A DNA stretch of 34,165 nucleotides, from positions 1 through 34,165 of the IMG/VR virus record IMGVR_UViG_3300027985_000326. The stretch is one strand, 5' to 3'. A model generated the notes under the pieces. The model had not been told where the DNA came from. It saw nothing but the letters and a program-made list of their open reading frames with translations, and searched no databases. Positions 23,291 to 30,280 of the stretch are shown in pieces. The stretch's first letter is position 1. The number at the start of each line of letters is the position of its first letter. The translations under genes and the position numbers were made by a program. The DNA comes from a virus.

Positions 23291-24325
23291 TTATGTAGTT
23301 TTCAGGGTTTTCCCTCTGGTGCGCTGGACTAAAACGGGTCCAGAGAGCTCCAGCGAACCGGCTGCGGCACGCAGGTGCTGCGGGCTAAACTGCGCATAGG
23401 TCGACCTGGTCACGCTCGGGTTCGAGTGCCCGAGATACTGCGCCACCTCCTCGATCGGGACGCCGGCCTCTACCATGAATCGGCCAGCAGTCCGGCGCAG
23501 ATCGTGCGGCGTGCAGTGCTCGATGCCGGCGCGCTTCACCGCAGCATTGAACCCGGTCTTGATCGAGCCGACCTTGCGCCCTCCCCACTCGACCACATAG
23601 GGAGAGATCGCGGCGGCCTTCGCCGTCTGCAGGGCGGCCATCAGCGAGTCGTTGATCGGCACGGTAGCACGCCCCTTTTTCGGTCCGATGTCATTCGTCG
23701 CGAGCCTCACCAGGCGGCGCTGCATGTCGACGCGATCCCAGGTCAGTTCGAGGATCGCGCCGATACGGCCGGCCGTGGTGAGTGCGAGCAGGATCGCGAG
23801 CTTGACATGCGGGTCCTGTGCGCCGTCCAGCAAGAGGCGCGTCTCGTCTCTGGTCAGGTATCTGTCCCTCGGCGGCGGCGCCTTCGGCAGCTCGATCTGT
23901 GGCACGACGGTGATCATGCGCCTCTTCTGGGCCCACAACAGCGCCGCGCGCAGGCAATTGAGCTCGGTGCGGATCGTGCCGTCCATGCGGCCCGCTTTGC
24001 GACGTCCGGCGATGTAGGCGCGACAGTCCTCGACGGCCACCTGCTCGGCGGCGAAATGGCCGAAGACGGGCAGGATGTTTCTGCCAACCTGAGCCAGCTT
24101 CGACGCCTGCCGCCGCTCCCCCATGTCGACGCGATACGCCTCCCAGATCTGCGCGACGGTGACCCCTGAAGCCGGCGCCTGCGCGTGGACGATCAGGTCG
24201 CGGGCCTCGCGCTCCGCATCTGTCTTTGTCTCAGCCGCAAGACGGTATCGACGGCGCTTGCCGTCGTCGTCGTTCCAGACGACGACCCACCGCCCTTTGA
24301 GGCGCCCGAGGCGATAGTCCCGCAT
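23291..24325 (-). CDS. int: Tyrosine integrase
   Basis: 344 aa. N-terminal arm-type domain 'YRLGRLKGRWVVVWNDDDGKRRRYRL'. C-terminal 'HDLRRTAGRFMVEAGVPIEEVAQYLGHSNPSVTRSTYAQF' shows the R..H..R..Y catalytic pattern. RBS GGAGGA. Confidence 0.92.
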   Translation of the reverse strand: MRDYRLGRLKGRWVVVWNDDDGKRRRYRLAAETKTDAEREARDLIVHAQAPASGVTVAQIWEAYRVDMGERRQASKLAQVGRNILPVFGHFAAEQVAVEDCRAYIAGRRKAGRMDGTIRTELNCLRAALLWAQKRRMITVVPQIELPKAPPPRDRYLTRDETRLLLDGAQDPHVKLAILLALTTAGRIGAILELTWDRVDMQRRLVRLATNDIGPKKGRATVPINDSLMAALQTAKAAAISPYVVEWGGRKVGSIKTGFNAAVKRAGIEHCTPHDLRRTAGRFMVEAGVPIEEVAQYLGHSNPSVTRSTYAQFSPQHLRAAAGSLELSGPVLVQRTRGKTLKTT

Positions 24326-24489
24326 TCATGTTCCTCCACGGTATCGGTGGTGATGCGCCATCCTGCAGACCCGACTCGGAATGCAGGCAGCGTGCCGGCG
24401 CGGATCATCGCCCGCACCGTCTCGGCAGAGCAAGACCAGCGTTTCGCCAGCGTCTCCGGGGTGAAAGGTGGTCTGTCGATTTTCGCCAT
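24193..24489 (-). CDS. xis: Excisionase-like HTH protein (AlpA/MerR-type)
   Basis: ATG 24489 after GGGAGGG. 'FTPETLAKRWSCSAETVRAMIRAGTLPAFRVGSAGWRI' is an HTH_17-like excisionase fold. The frame stays open 133 nt into int. Confidence 0.65.
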   Translation of the reverse strand: MAKIDRPPFTPETLAKRWSCSAETVRAMIRAGTLPAFRVGSAGWRITTDTVEEHECGTIASGASKGGGSSSGTTTTASAVDTVLRLRQRQMRSARPAT

Positions 24490-24749
24490 CAATTCCCTCC
24501 CATCTTCTCGAGCGCATCCAGCGCGATGCGGCGGATCGGGCCGCCGCTGATTGCTGCGATTTCGGAGAGGGCTGCAGCTGCCTGTGTGATGCCGCCTCCG
24601 AGCACGTAGTCTGCCCACGGCTCGTAGCGGTCGAGCGCTTCCTGGGCGCGCTCGATGTCGCCGGCCTGCACCGCGGCTCTGAGATCGGCGTAGGCGGAGC
24701 GGATCTTGGTCACGCGCGTGCGGCCGTAGCGATGAGTGTCATCGGTCAT
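24489..24749 (-). CDS. Hypothetical protein (86 aa)
   Basis: Its stop overlaps the xis start by 1 nt. High GC3. No recognisable motif. Confidence 0.55.
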   Translation of the reverse strand: MTDDTHRYGRTRVTKIRSAYADLRAAVQAGDIERAQEALDRYEPWADYVLGGGITQAAAALSEIAAISGGPIRRIALDALEKMGGN

Positions 24750-25371
24750 TGCGCGCCTCCTTCTCGATCTCTTCGGCGCGGGCGAGGATCGCGGCTTCCG
24801 CTCTGTCGTGGCCCCTTGCGATGCAGTCGATGTAGTTGCGCTGTGCGCTGTGGATGACCTCCTCGCGCGATTTCTTGACGGCTTCCAGCGCCTCGCGCAT
24901 CCCCTGCGCCCGGGCCTGTGCGGTCAGGCTGGCGAGTGCAGCGGCAGCGTCAGTCGGCATGGTGATGGCGCGGATCAGCCGTGCGGCATCATATGGGCTC
25001 TGCCCAAGCCATTCCCCGTCTACCCATGATGCCGCAGCCTCAATCGCCGCCGTCCATCCGGCCGCGAACAGCTTCTGGTCTTTCTCTGCGGCAGCTTCAG
25101 GCGAGCATTCAGGGCAACATTCGTCACCCCAATACATGACCCCGCCGCAGGTCGCGCAGCTCTCCGCCCGCAGCCGCTCGACCTCTGCCTCAAGCTCAGC
25201 CACGCGTGCCTCGGCCCGCGCAACCGCGGCGTCTCGCTCTGAGGCAAGGGCGTTGATCATGGCATCCGCTTCTTCGCGGAGATAGATGAGACCACAAGGA
25301 TTTGGCGCGACACCGCCACCACTAGGGATATAGTATCGCTGCGGCTTTTTGCTCGTGTCGATCTCGCTCAT
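24739..25371 (-). CDS. Hypothetical coiled-coil protein with a CxxC...CxxC zinc-ribbon-like motif (210 aa)
   Basis: 'AVARAEARVAELEAEVERLRAESCATCGGVMYWGDECCPEC'. ATGA coupling to the upstream gene. Confidence 0.6.
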   Translation of the reverse strand: MSEIDTSKKPQRYYIPSGGGVAPNPCGLIYLREEADAMINALASERDAAVARAEARVAELEAEVERLRAESCATCGGVMYWGDECCPECSPEAAAEKDQKLFAAGWTAAIEAAASWVDGEWLGQSPYDAARLIRAITMPTDAAAALASLTAQARAQGMREALEAVKKSREEVIHSAQRNYIDCIARGHDRAEAAILARAEEIEKEARNDR

Positions 25372-25541
25372 TTCCAGACCTCTCCGTCAGGGCCAAAGCA
25401 GACCACCGAGACGTGCCCCTGCAGCGGGCGCAGCTCATCGACGATCTGCTTGCACTGTGCCTCACCAGAGGTCTGCATGACCTTGACATCGCTAATGCTG
25501 AAGCTGCCTGCGATCGCCAGAATTACGATCCAACCACTCAT
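25368..25541 (-). CDS. Small membrane-anchored protein (57 aa)
   Basis: ATG 25541 after GGGGAACAGGG. N-terminal 'MSGWIVILAIAGSFSI'. ATGA overlaps on both sides. Confidence 0.55.
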   Translation of the reverse strand: MSGWIVILAIAGSFSISDVKVMQTSGEAQCKQIVDELRPLQGHVSVVCFGPDGEVWK

Positions 25542-25720
25542 CCCTGTTCCCCTTCTTGCTTCACTCCGATCACCGGCAGCGCGACCGCTACGACGATGAC
25601 CAGCGCCTCGATCTGCTCGACCGACAGATCCGTGATGCCGCGGTGCCCCCATTGGTCGACGTGGCGGACCGCCTCGGCGGCGAGGCGGTGGACGGTGGCG
25701 GCGGAGGGTGCATCACTCAT
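25538..25720 (-). CDS. Small C-terminally membrane-anchored protein (60 aa)
   Basis: ATG 25720. C-terminal TM 'IEALVIVVAVALPVIGV'. Overlaps the Lar-like gene stop by 8 nt. Confidence 0.5.
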   Translation of the reverse strand: MSDAPSAATVHRLAAEAVRHVDQWGHRGITDLSVEQIEALVIVVAVALPVIGVKQEGEQG

Positions 25721-26114
25721 GGCGCACCGCATGTTCCAGTGCGGTGAGGGCGCGTAGAGCTGGCTGACGAACTTTCCGCTCAAACACGTCTGGGCGCTTG
25801 GCTGCGGTAGGTAGACGGTCGAACTCATCGAACGACCTTACTGCCTCCACCAGCGCCATCACCTCCGGGCAGCGCATGGCCTCGGCCGGGGTTGGCAGCA
25901 GATCGGCGCGGCTGTTCCATCTGTTTATCGCGCGAGCGCGCTCAACATTAGCGCGCTCAACATTGTCACTGAGCGAAAACCCAATACACGGAGCAATCGG
26001 GCAGGTTCTATCTTCATCAACACAGCCACACACTCCGACATTGCCAAGCCTCTGGACCCACGTTTTCGCTTTCCCGCCACAGAATGGGCACGGCTTGAGT
26101 TCATGCTCGCTCAT
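25713..26114 (-). CDS. Lar-family restriction-alleviation-like protein with a C-terminal extension (133 aa)
   Basis: 'LKPCPFCGGKAK...C..C...' followed by 'ARAINRWNSRA' matches the Lar zinc-ribbon pattern. RBS AGGAGG. ATGA overlap with the upstream MTase. Confidence 0.65.
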   Translation of the reverse strand: MSEHELKPCPFCGGKAKTWVQRLGNVGVCGCVDEDRTCPIAPCIGFSLSDNVERANVERARAINRWNSRADLLPTPAEAMRCPEVMALVEAVRSFDEFDRLPTAAKRPDVFERKVRQPALRALTALEHAVRHE

Positions 26115-26800
26115 GCGGTCCTCCTGATCTCTTCGAGGGCGTGATCGCCCCATTGCTCGGCCGCCGCCCGCATCATCCCCGAGAAAGACCGGCTGCGCAG
26201 GCGGGCGCGGTCGGGGCCGGGAGGCATCCGGTGCACGCGGTTCCAGGACTTCCATTCGTCACTGCCGCGAACGGGCTCCTCGAGCCTGTCGGTCGGCCGA
26301 AGCGGCGGCAGCCCGCGCAGATACCAGCCGGTTCCCTTGTATTCCGGGTGACCGAACCAATGCGGCTGCACGACCTGCGGCGCCGGCAGGTCGGCGGGCA
26401 TGCGTGCTTTGGCGAGGTCGTGCATCTCCGGGTTCTCGATCGCCACGCGCGCGATCGGAGCGCGCCAGCAGGCGGTAAACAGGTCGACGCCATCCTCGAA
26501 CTCGGCGATCATGCTGGCCCAGCTGCGCCCCTTCGGCAGGGTCTTGGGCGGGGTCATCGCCCCGGGCCCGGACAGCCAGCGGCGGCCAGCGCGGCACAGG
26601 CGCGTGCAGGGCGGATGTGCGACCAGCAGCAGGTCCCAGCCATCGCCCAGAACGTCGCGGATGTCGCAAACCATATGCCGGTTGCTGCCGTCCTCGGCGG
26701 GCAGGATATCGCAGGACCAGACGTCATGGCCGCGGGCGGAAAATGCCCGCCGGCCGATGCCGCTGGTCTCGCAGCCGATCAGGACGCGCATGGCGGTCAT
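26111..26800 (-). CDS. Orphan DNA cytosine-C5 methyltransferase-like protein (229 aa)
   Basis: 'MRVLIGCETSG' (motif I-like), 'LLVAHPPCTRL' (PC catalytic motif IV), 'VAIENPEM' (ENV-like motif VI). No cognate endonuclease is present. Confidence 0.55.
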   Translation of the reverse strand: MTAMRVLIGCETSGIGRRAFSARGHDVWSCDILPAEDGSNRHMVCDIRDVLGDGWDLLLVAHPPCTRLCRAGRRWLSGPGAMTPPKTLPKGRSWASMIAEFEDGVDLFTACWRAPIARVAIENPEMHDLAKARMPADLPAPQVVQPHWFGHPEYKGTGWYLRGLPPLRPTDRLEEPVRGSDEWKSWNRVHRMPPGPDRARLRSRSFSGMMRAAAEQWGDHALEEIRRTA

Positions 26801-26907
26801 TCGTCGTCCTCCTCGTCCAGCTCCGCGAATGCCGCGAGCGCCATAAGCCCCAGCAGGACCACAACCAGCGCGCCGGTCAGCAGAAGGTTGATGGCGATGT
26901 CAGTCAT
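26797..26907 (-). CDS. Mini membrane protein (36 aa), below the ORF-track threshold
   Basis: ATG 26907 after GGAGGGAGG. 'MTDIAINLLLTGALVVVLLGLMALAAFAELDEEDDE'. ATGA overlap with the MTase start. Confidence 0.5.
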   Translation of the reverse strand: MTDIAINLLLTGALVVVLLGLMALAAFAELDEEDDE

Positions 26908-26909
26908 GG

Positions 26910-27095
26910 TCAGCCTCCCTCCGTTCCGATGAATTCGCGCAGGCGCTCAACGCTCAGGCCATGGTGCCGTGCGACGCTGTTGATGATGGCGGCGCGCTCA
27001 GTCTCGAGCAGCACACCGCCAGGGGTGTGCAGAGCCGCGGCGCGCAGGCGCTCATGCAACTCATCGCAGGCGTTGGAGATGGTGGAGCTGGTCAT
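26910..27095 (-). CDS. Hypothetical protein (61 aa)
   Basis: ATG 27095 with an ATGA overlap to the upstream gene. Helical. Confidence 0.5.
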   Translation of the reverse strand: MTSSTISNACDELHERLRAAALHTPGGVLLETERAAIINSVARHHGLSVERLREFIGTEGG

Positions 27096-27334
27096 GCGGC
27101 ACCGCCGGTCTCGCGAGCTGTGATCATGGCGTCTGCGATTTCGTATGCCCACGCCGCATGGTCTTGCGGTGAAAGCGACCATCCATCTGGCGCCGGGCAA
27201 CAAGCCCCGCTGATTGCCTGCCCGGCGAACCAGTCTCGCAGTGTCATGCCGGCATAACCTGGCACGAAATCAGGCCCAATTGACTGCAACGGAAACGCGG
27301 GGCCGCCGTCCTTGATCTCATCACTCATCGTCAT
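27092..27334 (-). CDS. Hypothetical phage protein (80 aa)
   Basis: 'GGPAFP...GMTLRDWFAGQA' is a motif seen in small conserved phage proteins. RBS GAGGA. Confidence 0.6.
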   Translation of the reverse strand: MTMSDEIKDGGPAFPLQSIGPDFVPGYAGMTLRDWFAGQAISGACCPAPDGWSLSPQDHAAWAYEIADAMITARETGGAA

Positions 27335-27343
27335 GTCCTCGTT

Positions 27344-27401
27344 GATCTCTCGGGATGCCGCCCGGCTCGCGGGCGGTCACCGGAGAGGTCAGATCAGGCG
27401 G
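27344..27401 (-). promoter_or_regulatory. Conserved stop-codon/hairpin RNA element, copy A (after recT)
   Basis: On the transcribed strand: CCGCCTGATCTGACCTCTCCGGTGA-CCGCCCG-CGAGC-CGGGCGG-CATCCCGAGAGATC. Near-identical to 32404-32458, with two compensatory stem base-pair swaps. Confidence 0.7.
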
Positions 27402-28198
27402 CCATCCTCAGCCTGCTCGTCCTGATGATGGATCACGGACATCGCTTCCTCCTCCGCGCGGGCGAGGTCTTCGGCGCTCGGCCAGAGGTCATGCGCCTGC
27501 TCGATCTGCGCCGGCGCAGCATCGTGGATTTCGTCGACTACGGTGTCGTCGACATAGACGGATCGGCCGGGACGCGGTGCTGCGCGAGGGGTCACATCGC
27601 GCGCGGTGTCGGGGCCGTAGTCCTGCACCTCCTCGGCAATCGAGAGTCCGAGCAGCGCATCCGGGGCTCCGTCGCGGATCGCGAAGGCCCGCGCGCGCAT
27701 CTGCAACATGCGCTCAGGATACTGCGTCCACGGGCCGGGCTTCTTCGACAGGCCTGCGCGCTCGGCATCGGACCATGAAAACCGGCGCACGATCTTCTTG
27801 CCGTCCTTGCGGGTCAGCGTGGCAACAGCGGCGCGTGTTTTGCCCTCGCCTTCCATCTCGACATCGACGAAATGGCCAGCAGCCATGACCATCGCAGGGA
27901 GGGCATCCCCCCAGACCGAGGGACGGCCATTGATGACTGCGATGTATTGCAGCGCCTGCATCGGCGCGAGGCCGACGTTCGCCCCCTGAAGGATCGCAGC
28001 CATGACGGCTTCGGGCTTGCCCTGAAAGTGCTTCGGGATCATGTCGCCCGCCTGCGAGAGCGCCTTCGCGAGGCGAAAGGCGTCCTCAATGGTGTGCGGC
28101 GTCATGGCTTCGATCAGGCCGGACTTGATGCCGCCAGCGATCGGCTTGAGCTTCGGAGGCTTCGGCGCAGCCTGAGCGGACAGTGCGGTTTCGGTCAT
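27389..28198 (-). CDS. recT: Single-strand annealing recombinase (RecT/Redbeta-type)
   Basis: 269 aa from ATG 28198 (RBS AGGAGGG). 'GANVGLAPMQALQYIAVINGRPSVWGDAL', 'YPERMLQMRARAFAIRD'. Paired with an exonuclease gene. Confidence 0.65.
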   Translation of the reverse strand: MTETALSAQAAPKPPKLKPIAGGIKSGLIEAMTPHTIEDAFRLAKALSQAGDMIPKHFQGKPEAVMAAILQGANVGLAPMQALQYIAVINGRPSVWGDALPAMVMAAGHFVDVEMEGEGKTRAAVATLTRKDGKKIVRRFSWSDAERAGLSKKPGPWTQYPERMLQMRARAFAIRDGAPDALLGLSIAEEVQDYGPDTARDVTPRAAPRPGRSVYVDDTVVDEIHDAAPAQIEQAHDLWPSAEDLARAEEEAMSVIHHQDEQAEDGRLI

Positions 28199-28212
28199 GG
28201 ATATTCCCTCCT

Positions 28213-29223
28213 TCACGGGGCTTGGAATTGCATCGAGGCGGCGCGGGCGGCCTCGCTCGGTTTGGGTTTCGGCGCGATTTCCGGGAAGCCGTGCGCGGCT
28301 GCGCTGTTGCGGCGGTGCCAGATCGGAGCGGCGATCTGCGCCACGCGGCGCGGGTATCCCGGCCACTCGCCACTATCGAGACAGGCCCGCCACTGGCGGC
28401 GCGCACGCCTGAGTTTCTGCTCGGCATCTGCGAACCAGTCTCCGGTCAGCGTCTCATCCGGCTCGTAATCGCTGGCCGGGCGCATCGTGCCATCTGACCA
28501 GAGTTCAACCACGCCGACCTCGAATGGCGGAGCCTTCTCGACGAACACGAACCGCATGGTGCGCTCCTCGCCGGTCAGCTCCTTCAGGATGCGCAGGTAA
28601 TGTGCCGCGCTGATGTCGTAGCCGCGATCTGCGACTGTCTTCGCCAGCGCATCCGGGTGAACGCTACCAGCCGTGGTCTTGAGGTCGAGCGCATATGTCT
28701 TTCCTGGCGGCAGGTTGTCGAACATGCAGCGGTTCCAGACGCCATCGAACTTCGCCAGCATCGCCACCTCGGAATGGTCCGGGTCGATGGGCATGTTCAT
28801 CTCGCGGAGCGCCGCTCCGACCTTGCGAGCGATGTGGTTAATGGCCTCGACCTCCGCCTCCTTGAGCGGCGTGACGCCCCGGTTTCGGCAGTCGGCGACG
28901 AATTCCTTCGCCTCCTTCGTGCGGATGCCGCCGTCGGCAGACAGCATTCCGTCGGGGATCGCCTCGAAGTCCTCACCCACTCCCAGCACCAGTCGGTGCG
29001 CGGCGGTGCCGATGTCGAAGGCCTTCTTCACCTCCGGCTCCCAATCCGGGTTCAGGCGAGGCGAGGCCGTCCAGGCATGAAGCGGCGTCTCCGAGATCAG
29101 CACCTTGGCGACGCTCGACGACAGGCTCGGCTCGGGCGCCGGATCGCTGTGATAGACATCGGCTGGCAGGCGGTAGACACCAGCGCCGAGGTGGACATTT
29201 TCAGGATGCAGGATTCCGTCCAT
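28213..29223 (-). CDS. PD-(D/E)XK exonuclease (RecE/DUF3799-like)
   Basis: 336 aa. 'GVYRLPADVYHSDPAPEPSLSSSVAKVL' opening, 'YALDLKTT' (D/E-x-K) core. Immediately upstream of recT. Confidence 0.7.
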   Translation of the reverse strand: MDGILHPENVHLGAGVYRLPADVYHSDPAPEPSLSSSVAKVLISETPLHAWTASPRLNPDWEPEVKKAFDIGTAAHRLVLGVGEDFEAIPDGMLSADGGIRTKEAKEFVADCRNRGVTPLKEAEVEAINHIARKVGAALREMNMPIDPDHSEVAMLAKFDGVWNRCMFDNLPPGKTYALDLKTTAGSVHPDALAKTVADRGYDISAAHYLRILKELTGEERTMRFVFVEKAPPFEVGVVELWSDGTMRPASDYEPDETLTGDWFADAEQKLRRARRQWRACLDSGEWPGYPRRVAQIAAPIWHRRNSAAAHGFPEIAPKPKPSEAARAASMQFQAP

Positions 29224-29474
29224 TACCTGGCCTCCATATGATCCGCCTGCCAGCGCGCGGCGGCATATCGCCCGAGAGGGTCGATGGCGCACAGGGCCAC
29301 CAGAGCGCAGACAGAGGCCGCGATCACCAGTAGCCGCAGTGCGGCAGGCATCTCCGCCTCCGCGCGCATCTGAGCGGCGTTGAGATTGGCCTGAGGCGCA
29401 CGGATCGCGTCGGCCTCCCGGATCATCCGGTCGCGCTCGATGTCGAGCCAGCTCGGGGTGATGATGGCGGTCAT
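29223..29474 (-). CDS. Hypothetical membrane protein (83 aa)
   Basis: TM segment 'LRLLVIAASVCALVALCAI'. Overlapping start and stop with both neighbours. Confidence 0.55.
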   Translation of the reverse strand: MTAIITPSWLDIERDRMIREADAIRAPQANLNAAQMRAEAEMPAALRLLVIAASVCALVALCAIDPLGRYAAARWQADHMEAR

Positions 29475-29644
29475 TTCGACACCGCCGCCGCCATCGCGTC
29501 TGCATCGACAAGCTCATCCGTCATCAGTGCGATCTGGCGCAGAGACTGGCGGTCAACCATCGGATGCTCGGTCGTGTCGCGGCATGCGCGGATAGCGGCA
29601 TAGGCCGCTCTGTTCAGCGCCCGGATTGCCTCACTGTAGGTCAT
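29471..29644 (-). CDS. Hypothetical protein (57 aa), below the ORF-track threshold
   Basis: ATG 29644 after AGGAG. 58 codons with high GC3. ATGA overlap with the next gene. Confidence 0.5.
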   Translation of the reverse strand: MTYSEAIRALNRAAYAAIRACRDTTEHPMVDRQSLRQIALMTDELVDADAMAAAVSK

Positions 29645-29658
29645 CTGAATCTCCTGTG

Positions 29659-29706
29659 AAAAAGCCGCGGGCTGAGTATGGGGAGGAGTACGCCTCAGCC
29701 CGCGGC
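29659..29706 (-). terminator. Strong intrinsic terminator inside the leftward early operon
   Basis: 13-bp perfect stem GCCGCGGGCTGAG/CTCAGCCCGCGGC, 17-nt loop, followed on the minus strand by TTTTT. It abuts the RBS of the 57-aa gene. Confidence 0.7.
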
Positions 29707-29769
29707 AGGTGTCCGCGCGATCCCCCGGCTAGAGGAGGGAGGCAGCAGCGCGGCGGTTATCTCGATCTG

Positions 29770-29807
29770 CCCCGGCCCTATGTGTCGTGAGTGGTGGCGG
29801 GCCGGGG
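29770..29807 (-). other. Second GC hairpin just after the first leftward gene
   Basis: CCCCGGCCC / GGGCCGGGG, 9-bp stem, 20-nt loop, no U-tract. Lies 8 nt downstream of the stop at 29815-17. Confidence 0.45.
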
Positions 29808-29814
29808 CGCGGTG

Positions 29815-30054
29815 TCAGCTGTTGTCCGGGTCGGACAGGAAGGCGGAGTGGCGCCACATCAGATCGCGCAGCTTCTCGGCCTCCTGATCGATCTGGATCA
29901 CGAGGTCGTCGATCTCGTCGGCCGCCTCGGGGTTATAGTCGCTGTAAGGGGCGATCCGCTGGGACTGCTCATACATCGCCACGATGCGGCTCAGCGGGTG
30001 CAGCGGGTCTGCCTTCCAGCGCTCCGCGACAGGGATGGAGGTATGGGCGTTCAT
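29815..30054 (-). CDS. First gene of the leftward early operon, acidic 79-aa hypothetical protein
   Basis: ATG 30054 after GGGAGA. Lies between the candidate PL/operators and the internal terminator. Confidence 0.6.
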   Translation of the reverse strand: MNAHTSIPVAERWKADPLHPLSRIVAMYEQSQRIAPYSDYNPEAADEIDDLVIQIDQEAEKLRDLMWRHSAFLSDPDNS

Positions 30055-30119
30055 TCATGTCTCCCATCTGTGGTCCCGCGATCGGCCCGGGGTGGGTGTC
30101 AGCGGCGGGTGATGGGGAT

Positions 30120-30148
30120 ACAGTAGCGTTCAGCGCTACTTTGCGCAA
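30120..30148 (-). promoter_or_regulatory. Candidate early-left promoter (TTGCGC-N17-TACTGT)
   Basis: Minus-strand -35 at 30148-30143 and -10 at 30125-30120. Operator O1 fills the spacer and the -10. Confidence 0.45.
30122..30140. promoter_or_regulatory. Operator O1: AGTAGCG-TTCAG-CGCTACT
   Basis: Perfect 7-bp inverted repeat with a 5-bp spacer. Confidence 0.7.
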
Positions 30149-30155
30149 CATAAAA

Positions 30156-30174
30156 AATAGCGATTAGCGCTACT
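30156..30174. promoter_or_regulatory. Operator O2: AATAGCG-ATTAG-CGCTACT
   Basis: Same 19-bp dyad with one mismatch. Centre is 34 bp from the O1 centre. Confidence 0.65.
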
Positions 30175-30230
30175 CTGTGTTGAGATCGGCATGTCGTTAG
30201 AATGGATGAGTTTTCTCGCTTCCAGACAGC

Positions 30231-30252
30231 AAAAAGCCCGCGCATGGCGGGC
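30231..30252 (-). terminator. Intrinsic terminator after the repressor gene
   Basis: Minus strand reads GCCCGC-CATGC-GCGGGC-TTTTT, 29 nt downstream of the stop at 30281. Confidence 0.7.
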
Positions 30253-30280
30253 CTCATGGCGTGGTCATGATAGAGATTGC

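Noticed and set aside
26141-26932. 263-aa plus-strand ORF, and other plus ORFs at 26400..27123, antisense to the MTase region
   Set aside because: Arg/Pro/Ala-rich shadow frames. The minus strand carries an ATGA-coupled chain of genes with RBSs and recognisable motifs.
29815-30054. The first leftward gene as a lambda N-like antiterminator
   Set aside because: The protein is acidic and has no arginine-rich RNA-binding motif. The conserved hairpin elements also lie far downstream (27.4 kb and 32.4 kb) rather than between promoter and terminator. The terminator observation is kept but no function is assigned.
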